From positions 4,092,001-4,156,000 of the forward strand of contig OZ176053.1 of the NCBI GenBank assembly GCA_964247055.1: DNA of 64,000 bases, given 5' to 3'. How positions within the stretch are numbered: position 1 is the stretch's first letter; each line of letters begins with the position of its first letter. The notes beneath the pieces were generated by a model, which was not told the DNA's origin, ran no database searches, and was given only the letters and a program-made list of their open reading frames with translations. The DNA comes from Paragordius varius (taxonomy: Eukaryota; Animalia; Nematomorpha). Both the position numbers and the translations under genes were made by a program. Shown here piece after piece: positions 1 to 11,069 of the stretch.

Positions 1-2
1 AA

Positions 3-134
3 AATAGGATTTAAAAGTAGTGGAATATCAACCAACAATTCTTACAACCTGTAACAAGTCTGTTTTATGACAAATTTTTGTATTGGGAATTGTACAGATT
101 GTAGGCTGATATTCCACTAATTTTCAATCCTATT
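3..134. repeat. Small imperfect inverted repeat (MITE-like hairpin)
   Basis: 3-32 AATAGGATTTAAAAGTAGTGGAATATCAAC is the reverse complement of 105-134 with about 3 mismatches; may be cut by the window edge. Confidence 0.65.
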
Positions 135-559
135 GTGCATAAATTATATACTTAATAATTCCCACTCATGTAAGAAGCCAAAATAAAACAGTATAAATTT
201 ACACTCATAAACCAGGTGACAAAAAAATGCAAAAATAAAAAACAATATTTTTGGTTTTATTTTGATATAGAAGTTTATTTTCCTGAATAAAATATGAATG
301 TTAATATTTTAATAGCGAGTTTAGGTAGTAAATAATTAAAAAAAATTATTTTAATATAGTTTCATTAAATTTTTTTTATCTTTTTGTGATAAAAGAAAAA
401 CGCCATCTTTTGACCTGAAATATTATAGAAACCCTAACTATATGATTTTAGACTATTTATATATTAAAAATATCTCCTAAAATGATAATAAACCATAATA
501 TCTCAATTTTTATCATTATTTTTTGAATTATCCTTAATTATCCTTAATTTTCATTTTTT

Positions 560-704
560 GCCCTATTTTGATTTTCTTTTAATATAAAAACTAGGACGTC
601 AACAAATAAAATTTTTGCGACAAATGTATTCGATGCTCATAAGCTATCTCATTAAAAAGTATTTTTTTGTTAAAAATAATTAACCCTCTTTTTTGCACAC
701 AGTG
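560..704 (-). mobile_element. Terminal fragment of a Transib-like TIR family (same family as the termini of the 52124-57231 palindrome)
   Basis: Ends ...TTTTTTGCACACAGTG (reverse complement CACTGTGTGCAAAAAA). Shares TAAGCTATCT, the T-run plus GC block and TTTTGATTTT with 57090-57231. Confidence 0.5.
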
Positions 705-2292
705 TATATATGCTTATGTTTGAAAATCCTTTTAGTTCTAATATTGTTAAAGAACATGAGTGTGTTTTGGAGTAATTGATTTGCAATCTAAAAATGATTA
801 TAAAAATAATTTTAAGGAAAGATTTAATTGCATTTTATTTAAATTTATCAGTAATTATATTTTTCATTTAACAAATTTTCCCAAATCAATGATTTGTATA
901 TTTTCTTGTGCTTAATGTGAAAACATTTTCAAAAACTAATTACGCAAAATGTAGCATAGAACGAGATTGACGTATGAAAATTCGCATAATTTGTTGAGGA
1001 TCTTAGTATCGCAAACACAAACGGAATTTGATACAATCCTTTTTATTGGCTTTTAAATTGTTTAATAACACTAGTCGACAAATTTGGACATTTTTGAGCA
1101 CCACCACTCATACTTTTAAATTATGACTAATTTCAGTGTTTTAAAACCGAATGTGAAAAATTTTTGATCCCGCCAATCAGAATTTTGAAATATTTTAGGT
1201 TTTACAATTTTTCAAAAACAAGAGAAAATCGAGAGAAAATTACATATAACTTTATAATAAAATGTTATTATATTATAAACTTAATATCATTTAATAAAGC
1301 GTTTTAAACTCTATCTTTTAAATATAAATATGTCATTTAAATATCAGAGAGAAAAAAATAGTACGGACTTAAACGTCAAAATTTAGTCTTTTCCTTTCAA
1401 GTGAATTTTTAATACGTATAAAAAAATTTTAAAAAAATACTAAAAAAGGCATTCTATGGTTTAAACCTTCGGCTTTTAGATAGGCTATATTTTTTTGTTA
1501 GTTTTCGTTCTTTCGAGTACTTATTAGGCTTTTTTTCTTGAGTTGGTTCTTACAAAAAATCCTTTATTTATACCTAGTGGATATACTTAATTTTTTAAAA
1601 TTATTGGTTGTTTTGTATTTTTAATTTCAGATGGATGTTGTGCAGCCACTTTTAGTAGAATTTACTATTATAAGATTGGACCATTTGTATTTACCTAATC
1701 TTTTTATTCAATTTAATTGTAGAATTTATCTAACTTTATTCTGTGAATTGGTTAATATGACATGTCAATTTGCCTGGATTTTGCTTGCAAGTCTCTCTTA
1801 TCGGGCTTTACGATTACTTATTGTTAGCTTTGCCATATCTGGCATAAATGGATCGCTTGGGGGATATGCAGAGCTTGTGCAGCCGCCCGAATCTATCACA
1901 CTATACATAAGCCCCTTTTAGATTTTTAATACTTTGGCTCTTAGCTTGCTTAGTATCTTATTTAATGCCTAGAATTTTGTTATTCATGCATGGAATATTA
2001 CTTGTATCGACTTGTGCGTTTGAATATTTAAACATATATACACGAGGAATGATTGTTATTTTTAAATTAAATACAAATTTAAAAATTAAATTTCGGAAAA
2101 ATCCTATTGGTGGCCTCAATTTTCTTTTTTGTTTTGGCCTTTCCATGCCATTAGGTATCAGAAAATGCAAAAATAATGGGGTGGTGAAAAACCTTGTTGA
2201 TCAGTGTAATTTAGTTAAGTTAAATGTGGCAGAGGTTCTGTATTTTATTAGTGGGCCTGGTTTTATGGTTTGCTCTAGCAATTATAAATTAA

Positions 2293-4356
2293 CACTTCGA
2301 TTCAAATTGGGGTATCTAAATACCCCAGACTAAATTAAAATTATTTAAGTGAAGGAAACGGTCCCAATTTAAATTCATGATTCTATCCTAATAAAAATTC
2401 TATAAATATGCCAAAATTAAAATTTTGTTTTGAAAAAAAAGTTCCATGTGAACTACTTCGACGCCATTTTTATTTTACAAAATTTTGCAAATATCGTGTT
2501 CATTTAATTTTAAGGTTAAAATTAAATTTTTTATTAAATTACATCTAAGATAATGTGACCAGATATTTTGAACTTTGACGCAGTATAAAATCAAAACATA
2601 TTTCGCCTGTTTTTACACCATTGGTGTGGTATATTACACAGTTTCTACGAAAAAATAGCCTGATGAAGTATACATATACTGATAGGAAAATATCAGGAAT
2701 CTCATGGTACTTTTGGTTTAACCTTTACGAGTTATTAAAGAAAGTTATTTACACTTTTGTGGTAAGTGTTCCGTATAAAATTGCAAAGGTGCGCAATTTT
2801 TCAAATATATTATTTTACGTAAGCTAAATGCTTTATTCAAAAAATATCACTAAAATATAACATAAATTACCTATAAAAATAACAATATTTTTAAATTTTT
2901 AGATGTGGGCTCTTTTGAAATGGACTATTCTCTTAAAATAAACGCAAAAATTCCGACATTGTGAAATAATTTTAAATATATGCTAAATTTTGATATCAAC
3001 TACATATATTTTTTAAAAAATGCCTACTTTCAAAAATTTAATTTTTAGCAAAATTTTGTTGAAGCCTACTTCACACTATCTTGAGCAAGATGGAAAAGAT
3101 AAACGGTTGAGATGTTATAACACTTTATATGTATCATTCGATAATGCTAATCATTTTTCTCACTTTGATTTCGTTCGTTTTCAAATTTATGTTAAATAAA
3201 AATTGTTTTTTTTTTGCAAAAATTCACCAAAGCAAAGCAACCAAATTAAAATTCCCATAGTAATGGTCAACATCATCGAATTATTTAGAAAAAGGGTTTT
3301 ATATCTTAAAGCATTATGCAATCATGCTTCGAAATAGTTTAAAGTACGCTTCAACAAAATCAAAATTGTTTATGCAAAAACATGAAAACTAATAAAAAAT
3401 AGATCATATCTCCCACCTAATGAGTATAGAGAATAAAAACTCATAATTACTTTATACCCAAAAAGGTTATTTCAAAATCCTATGTCATATATAATAAATA
3501 AATAATATATAAAGGGATTAACAATTTTCTATACAATTTTCCGTTTGATAATTATAACAAAAAATGAACTTTTTAAGCTTGATCCAACGTTTATTAAAAT
3601 ATCATAAATTAATTTTGTTAATTTTAAATTTTGAGGCACCGCTTTTTGCGGAAGTCCTGAGCGAAAGAGCCATGCCTGAATCTACCGTGGAATCCGAGAT
3701 ATATAGTTTCCCACTGCGCGAAAGGCTGAATCATAAGTAATTTGACCGATCAGAAATCCAATTTTATATATAATTCGAGCAGAAAATAAAATAATAACCA
3801 TTTAAAAAAAGGCCCAATCTTAGTTATTTACCGCAAAATAACCATTTCTTTACAAATTAGGGGGTTATTTTTACAGAGGGTACCATATCAAATTCTAAAA
3901 TAACTTTTTTGAATAAAAAAAGGTATTTAATATATATTTTAAAATTATATTTTTTATATCTTCAAAAAGCAGTACAAAAGTGGGCGCAGTACAGTCGCAG
4001 TTTTTTATGAAAATCCAGTACTGTATTGCGAAAAACAGCCTATCTGGTCACATTAATTTAAGATTAATAGAAATAAAAATCACGGGTTATTTTGTATTAT
4101 TTTTTAATTTTAATATTTCATACATGTCACGTTGACGAAATTTATTACTTCGGTTTAAGCTTGAAATAAGTAATATCAAGTATTTTTGAATAAAATTTTT
4201 ATATATTTCGATTTATTAATGTTATATAAGACCAAAATTTTGCCATGGTATCGATTCGTTGGATATTTTTTAAAGAATTTAATTTTAACAGGCCTGGGGT
4301 ATGTAACTACCCCAATTTGAATCGAAGGACTAAAATGAATGTGTTGTATCCAAGTG
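2293..4356. mobile_element. Non-autonomous piggyBac-like DNA transposon (TTAA target), composite
   Basis: TTAA|CACTT at 2289-2297 and AAGTG|TTAA at 4352-4360. Subterminal inverted motif TTCGATTCAAATTGGGGTA..TACCCCAG (about 2296-2330 vs 4290-4328). Nested 15-bp inverted pair TAATGTGACCAGATA at 2551-2565/4041-4055. No transposase ORF seen. Confidence 0.6.
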
Positions 4357-4980
4357 TTAATTTTGGATATTCTTTGTCGTTATAAACGAGAAAGTAGAAA
4401 AACACCAATGATTATTCATTTGATAAATAAACAAGATTTGAAAATAACTCGCTATTTAATTTTTCGTTCAATCGTGGACAGAAGAAATGTTAACGCACTT
4501 AACCATTTAATTTTATAATTTTTATAAAAAACTTCCCTTTTTTACGCTGAAAATTTTATTTAAATCCCACCTACTGAGCCATTAATTATTAAATTATATG
4601 CTCTACCAATTTCATTAAATCCCTTATCTCTATTATACCGGTTATTTATGGTTTTACAATAATATATTTTTAGATAGATATGTTATTCATATAATGAAAT
4701 GTGTTTTTTTATTTTACAAAGTTTATTTATTTTAACAGTTTTGATATAAAATAAATTGCATATTTATTAGAATATTTATACCAGAGAATGATATAAATGC
4801 GGTTCAGTTGAAATTTTTTTTCCAGAGTCCGCCTTCTAAAAAGCTTGTGGACTCCCTGTGTGATTTTTACTAAATATATTTATTTAACGGCATTACTGGA
4901 TAAAATTATTTACATAAAAACAATTTAAGAAACAAAAATAAACTATATTAAATCAATGAGGGCGAAATATATGAGATTTA

Positions 4981-6269
4981 CTAGGGTAAATCTCGAGCTG
5001 CTACGCAGCTCGAGGAAGTCCTTCGGACTTCTGGGAGGGACTTTTTGAAAAAAGGGACAATAAAATGATCTAGATATGTGAATTATTTCGAAACATTATT
5101 TGATAGTGATCTCATAGGAATTTCAAAACGGTGCATTCATACTAATATATTGTTTACTTGGGCGAAAAGGTTTTATTATCCATATATTCATTAACATCCT
5201 ATACATATGATAGATAAATAATTAGTAAAACAATAAACTAATACGATTTTATGTTTTAAATCAATAAAGTCTGATTGATCATTTAATTGTCTCGTTTAAA
5301 TATTGTGATAGACAATTTTATTTGAAAAGAGCATAATATATTTTTTATTTTATAAGCAATTTTGTTATGCGGCACGAAGTTTTAAAATGATTCACATAGT
5401 CTCATAAGTTATCTGAAATTTGGCTCCAAAGGCATGCTGTATCGACATGATGGCGCAGTTGTAGACGGGTAGCCCCCTACCCAGGGCCAATATAAAAATG
5501 TAGTTAGATAAAAAAATTTGCCTTTACACCTGGAATCATCGTTCCTTCCTAATAGTTTATGGAAGAATGGTATGATAGCGCATTTTTTAGGGCGTAAAGG
5601 GCCTATTTAACAAATTTAAAAAATCCGCTCGACTAAAATTTTTTGATTTTTTACGGGTAATACTTTAAGCAGCTATTAACCTCATATGGCCTGATAGGTT
5701 TTTTGAAATTTAGCCCCAAGAGCACGCGATTTCGATATGACGGGTCAGTTTTTCGCAGGTAGCTCCTTACTCAGCAGCTATCTTTAAAGAAACGCTTGAC
5801 TATAATTTTTGCCTTTTAACAGGGAATACGTAGAATCCTTATTGAATTTTTACGGTCTCATACCTTTGGCGAAAAATAGATTCAAAAAATTATTTTTGTG
5901 GACTTTGCTTTTTGAAAAAAATGGCATTTTACAGGGGGAGCGGGCAAAAAGAAGGCCTAAATTAAAAAAGCGAGTCGACTATGTTCGGCGCAATCGAAAA
6001 TAACTAAACAAAAATCATATTAAAATTGAATGGTCCAATACGTTCTCCGGAGAATTGTCTCAAAGACACGATTTTTGTGGACTTCTCTTTTAAAAATAAA
6101 CCGTTTTTACACGGGGTGGGCCTGAACTGGGGGCCTATTTAAAAAAAAGAGCGAAGCTATTGTCGGGGCATTCATTAATGATTATTTTTTTCGATATTTG
6201 GATTTGTTCTACCGGTTTTCCGGTATTAGATCACAAAACCAGCATTTTCCATTTTTATAAATATATAGA
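4981..6269 (-). mobile_element. Non-autonomous Helitron (long copy)
   Basis: On the minus strand it starts A|TCTATATAT (6269) and ends CTAG|T (4981). Two GC hairpins lie near the 3' end: CTCGAGCTGC-tac-GCAGCTCGAG (4992-5014) and GAAGTCC-ttc-GGACTTC (5015-5031). No TSD; second copy at 38113-38698. Confidence 0.85.
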
Positions 6270-6439
6270 TTACACATGTCAAAAAATTACTGAGATTAAA
6301 AAAATGTATCAGGACTAGTTTTGTCCATTACGAGAGATTTAAAAAGGTTATTAACAATTTTGTGGCTCCATTCAGAAATTGCGCATATTTTGTTAAATAA
6401 TTCATTTTAATGAAAGTTAATTATTCCAAAAAATATCAA

Positions 6440-6760
6440 TAAATATATGAGCAACTATATATAAAAAGCGTTGTATTTGTAAATTTTTTGGGCTCCGAAG
6501 GTCCCAAATTTTTTCGCTCTAAATGGGATAGTATTCTTAAAATAAACGTAAAAATGGAATACATGATAGAAATATCAAATATATGCCAAATTATGATATC
6601 AACTAAAAATATTTTTCAAAAAGGCACATTTCTCAAAATTTAATTTTTAACAAAATTTTGTTCGCATACTTTATTCCAGTCTGAGGTGTGATGAACGGGA
6701 TAAATATGTTCAAAATATCACAAGATTATTTTTTATAATTCGATGATGTTAAATATTTCT
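6440..6760 (+). repeat. Dispersed repeat, copy of the internal part of the 2293-4356 element
   Basis: Aligns by eye to about 2830-3170 (e.g. TCTTAAAATAAACG, GATATCAACTA, AAAATTTAATTTTTA.CAAAATTTTGTT). Boundaries approximate. Confidence 0.6.
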
Positions 6761-6979
6761 AATACCTCAGAAAACATGCTCACCAATTGAGAGGGAAAGG
6801 TATGGTACACCTACTCTATTCAATATATATTTTTACCTAAAATATTGTAATTCTAACTCCTCTTCATATATTAATATATTTTTAAATCTAATCTTACAAT
6901 CATCTCATCCCAATCTTCCATCATATATCCTCGTTATATTAATATATCAAATCTAAGATATCAATTTTTGTCTCTTTCA

Positions 6980-9730
6980 ATGGTTCAAACATTAAAATCA
7001 AGGAATTTAAATATAAAAGTTGCCACCTGGGATCTTAGAGGTGCTAACAATAATAGCAAAATTGACTTAGTAATAAACGAAATGATAAAATACAACATCG
7101 ACATACTCGGTGTATCTGAAACACATATCCCTTCTAATGGCATCTTAGAATTCGAAAACGTACTATTTTATTCCGATACAATACTCTCAATACAATGGTA
7201 CAGGTATCATAATGAACAAGAATTTAGCAAATTTATCCGACATCTGCAATCCTATTAACAAACGTATGATATCGATATGGATCCAAACTACATCCCAGCC
7301 CATATCTAAATATACGCTCCAACCGTTCATACAGCGACGACAAATGTGAAACGTTTTACAATGAGCTAGAAACAGCAATAAAGCAAGTAAGAAAAAAACC
7401 TAGTGATTTTAATAGCATTATTGATGAGGATAACACATAACCTGTTACAAGAGGCAAAGAACTAGGAACAAAAAACTACAGATGCGGTCTCATCGAATTT
7501 TGTCAAATTCATAAATTTTTTATAGCAAACACCTTCTTTAATCAACCCAAAATGGCGTTCACCTTGCCAAAAATACCGTAATCAAATTGATTTTATAATT
7601 GGTATGAGTAAATATAAAAGTTCATTCCAAAACGTTAAATGTTATCCTGGCTCTGACTGCTGCAGTGATCACAACCTTTTAGTTGCCAAACTGTGCATCA
7701 AGCTCCACCTACCCAAGAAGCCAAAATCATTTCGTAAAAAACTTTAAATACTATCGAAAATAATTTTAGCATTACATTACATAATAGCTTTAATAGTCAT
7801 GACGACCCAAAAAATTGTCAAAACATTGAAAGTATGTGGAATTCAATACACACAATCCAAAAAACCGATGAATTTATATCGCCTTACAAATCATCCAAAC
7901 ATAAAAATAAACTATCAGAATATAGTCTTGTCATTTAAGAACGCAGATTAGCAAAAATCAAAGGTAATCGGTGTGAATACAAAATTTTAAACAGCAATCA
8001 TAACAGCATAACAATCACTATAATAAACTGTGTGAAAAGCTAGAAACCGAAGCCAAAAACAAAAATTTTTTTGCCCAAACAAAACAGATTAAACAAAACA
8101 AAAATTATAATTACCGCGGCCCCGGCTGATATTTATATATGTCACGGATAAGGCCAAAATCTTTTGGCACGATCACATATCCAACCTCTATGAAACATAA
8201 ACTACTAGAATTTTAATCAAAGCGCCCAAGAAAAAGATGTTCCTTTCTCTAAAGAAGAAGTGGAATGGGCTGTAAAACATCTGGCCGCTGGTAAAGCAGA
8301 AGCTCGAAAGGATGTGCCCGCTGAAATCATAAAATATATCCCGCTGGATATCCTTCACGATTTTTTTAAAAAATCTTTTATTCGGGAAAAATTTCTGAGG
8401 ATTGGGGAAAATCTATTATGATACCTATTCTGAAAAAAGGAAATCCCGAAATATGTAACAATTATAGAACAATATCTCTAACAAATCAAATGTCTAAAAT
8501 TTTCTGAAAATCATTCATAAACGCCTTCAATCTATTTTACAACCAGAAATATCAATTACTGGGCTGGTTTTCGAAAAGGGCGAGGATGTAGAGATATGAT
8601 AGCCAATATAAGATGGATAATGGATAAACTAGAATTTAATAAAGAAATCCATATGCGATTTGTGGATTTTTCCAAGGCTTTTGATTTTATCCAACATAAT
8701 TATTTAATTACATTCTTGAAAGAGCTAGGGGTTTCAACTCATTTCATCAACATAATATTCTCAATTTATTCAAATTCGACTGCTAGGTTTCCAAAAATTA
8801 TGAGGTAACTGATCCTTGCATGGTGAATGTAAGGTTACGTCAGGGCTGCGTCTTATCACGTATTTTGTTTAATGCATATCTCGAATTCATAATGAGAAAC
8901 ATACCCGACATTCGGGGTTCAGGTTGGAGGCTCTGATCTAACTTCTATTAACTATGCAGATGATACGGTTATCTCGTAGACAACCCAAAATCATTGACTC
9001 TCATACTGCAACATTGTAGATGAATGTCAAATGTATGGGCTACAGGTTATTCTTTCAAAAACAAAGATAATACAAAATAACCCAAAAGTTGCAAATGCTA
9101 CAAAAATCGTTAACGGGAACTCTATTAAAACAGTCAAAAGTTACACATATTACGGGAGCTAAATAGGTGATGATAATAATTGTACTCTCGAGATAAAACG
9201 ATGGATAGCCATAGCCAAAACGGTGGCAAATTATAACAAAATTTGGGTATCCCATGATGTCAGCTTATCAACGAAAATCCGACTTACAAATGCAATCGTT
9301 TTTCCAACTTTCTTCTACGGGTGTGAAGGTTGGACTTAAAAAAATCCGACACCCGGATAATTAACTTATTTGATATGTGGATATGGAGAAAACTTTCACA
9401 AACAAAATGGACGGATAAAATAACTAACAGTGCAATTTCGAATAAAATCAATCTCGACATGTCATTGCTTGGAGTGTAAATCCGCACCTAACTATCCTAC
9501 TTTGGCCACATTATGAGAGCTAATTCACTGGAAAAATCCTTGATGTTGGGTAAAGTTAGTGGTAGAAGTAAAAGGGGCTCAAGAAGCATAAGGTGGATGG
9601 ACAATATTACACAAAAAACCCACGCAACCTTGGCAGAACTCAACAATAAAACTAAGAACCGCAATTTATGGAAAGGTTTTATATACATATTGCAAAAAGT
9701 CGACCTCGACTGTAGAAAAACACACACAGA
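6980..9730 (+). mobile_element. Degenerate non-LTR retrotransposon (RTE-clade LINE; APE endonuclease plus reverse transcriptase), frameshifted
   Basis: APE motifs KVATWDLRG, ILGVSETH and SDH (about 7664). RT motifs YRTISL (8443), GFRKGRG, DFSKAFD, RQGCVLS and YADD (8953). RTE-type C-terminus GHIMR...LEKSLMLGKVSG...IRWMDNI. Short CA-repeat tail near 9720; many stops and frameshifts. Confidence 0.9.
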
Positions 9731-9869
9731 AATATAAAATTATTTATTTTAGATTTTTGATAAATATAAAATCTGTTTACAGCATAATTTTAAGGTAAAC
9801 GAACTAAATTAAATTTTTGAAGTCAATTAAAATATTCGGGATAGAAAAGCCATTTTTATAATATTTAAA

Positions 9870-10090
9870 AGCGTTTTTATACCATTTCCATCATGGTTCC
9901 GAATAGTATGATGTATGCTTCAACGAGGCATTTAGCTTCCACCAAATAAAATTTATTCAAAAAAATGTGCGCAAATTTTGCCATTTTACCACAAAAGTTT
10001 AAATAACCTTTTTTCACTCGTAAGGTTGAAAACCAAAAGCATTATGATAATCCCTCTACATTTTACTATCAGAACATGTATACCTACTCA
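9870..10090 (-). repeat. Dispersed repeat, reverse copy of about 2640-2830
   Basis: Shared blocks (reverse complement): TGATAG.AAAAT, CTTTTGGTT, CTTACGAGT, CTTTTGTGGTAA, AAGCTAAATGC. Boundaries approximate. Confidence 0.55.
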
Positions 10091-11069
10091 GCTTATTTTT
10101 TTCTGCCCCGATTTCGGATGCAGTGTACATGAGAACAATGTTTTATAATTAACTTTTGACTCTAAAAACAGTAGTTTTTGCAAAAGAAAGGTGTGGGATA
10201 TAAATTTACCCCAATATGTCATCGTGGACAAAAAGGAACCATGTTTTTTTTACATTTTTGTATTTTAAAAAAGATTGTGTCATGCGTCAAAGGCTAAAGA
10301 GAATGTTTAAATTTATATCAATGCTAAAAATGTTTTAAGAGAATATCCGAAAGGCTTTGGGCTACAAAATTACTGAATTTGATATAGATTTTTTAAGTCT
10401 AAATTTTTTATTTATTTTGAATAATTTAAGTTAAAAAATTAAATAATTGAATCAACCGGCTTTATAGAATATTTAAAATTAGCCAAGCCAGTAACCTCAA
10501 TGTATTCAAAAATTAAAAAAATCCTTAATATAATCGATTTTAAAATTTTTCTACCGATGTATAAATCCATCATTTGTGAAGTTTGTTGTGGGTTTAGCAC
10601 GGATTTAAAAATGTTAATGAACCGTTTCAAATTCTTTTAAATTTAAAAAGCTTAGAATGCTAGTGATAACTTTTTACTATTCCTATTTGGTTTTTTGCAT
10701 AAATAGTAGAATTAAATTTTTTACGCTAATATGAGTTTTAGCTTAGAAAATCCGTATTGAAGTGCATGAATTTATTTAAAGTAAAGTGCATTTCTGTTAA
10801 TCTGGTGTCCATTTTTTAATTGTCTTGTGGGAATATCTTTTTACCTTTACATTGTATGGGTGTAATTAATCCTGTTTGTCACCCAATAATCCCATAAATT
10901 TTTAGATTTGCATTTTTTTAATTAATCCTGTCTGTCAACTAGCCCTATAATCCTAGAAAGTGTATAATTTTAGAAAGCGTAATTAACATTTTTTGCTGAG
11001 GATTTTATCATATTGAATTGTTAACATCCGATTACCGTATGATTTTGTTGGCGACGCCGTTACTTGCCA

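Noticed and set aside
1631-2333. ORFs of 96, 70 and 122 aa
   Set aside because: No recognisable motif; overlapping frames run into a repeat terminus. Possibly TE decay, but not supportable.
3630-3760. RNase P CR-I-like GGAAGTCCTGAG, hammerhead-like CTGA..GAAA and U4-like CTTTCGCGCAGTGG (minus strand)
   Set aside because: The P4 partner does not pair fully, there is no CUGANGA/stem II, and no Sm site; the matches are too short to call an ncRNA.
5169-5867. hAT insertion into the Helitron (flanked by an 8-bp direct repeat)
   Set aside because: No terminal inverted repeats, and it shares internal sub-repeats with the rest of the Helitron; deletion in the other copy is the simpler explanation.
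5809-6003. 64-aa basic ORF
   Set aside because: Lies inside a non-autonomous Helitron on the opposite strand and has no Rep/helicase motif.
10439-11027. Possible gene divergent from HDHD5 (minus-strand ATGs at 11027 and 11011)
   Set aside because: No splice combination I tried gave a sustained, recognisable frame; the region contains a short degenerate tandem duplication.
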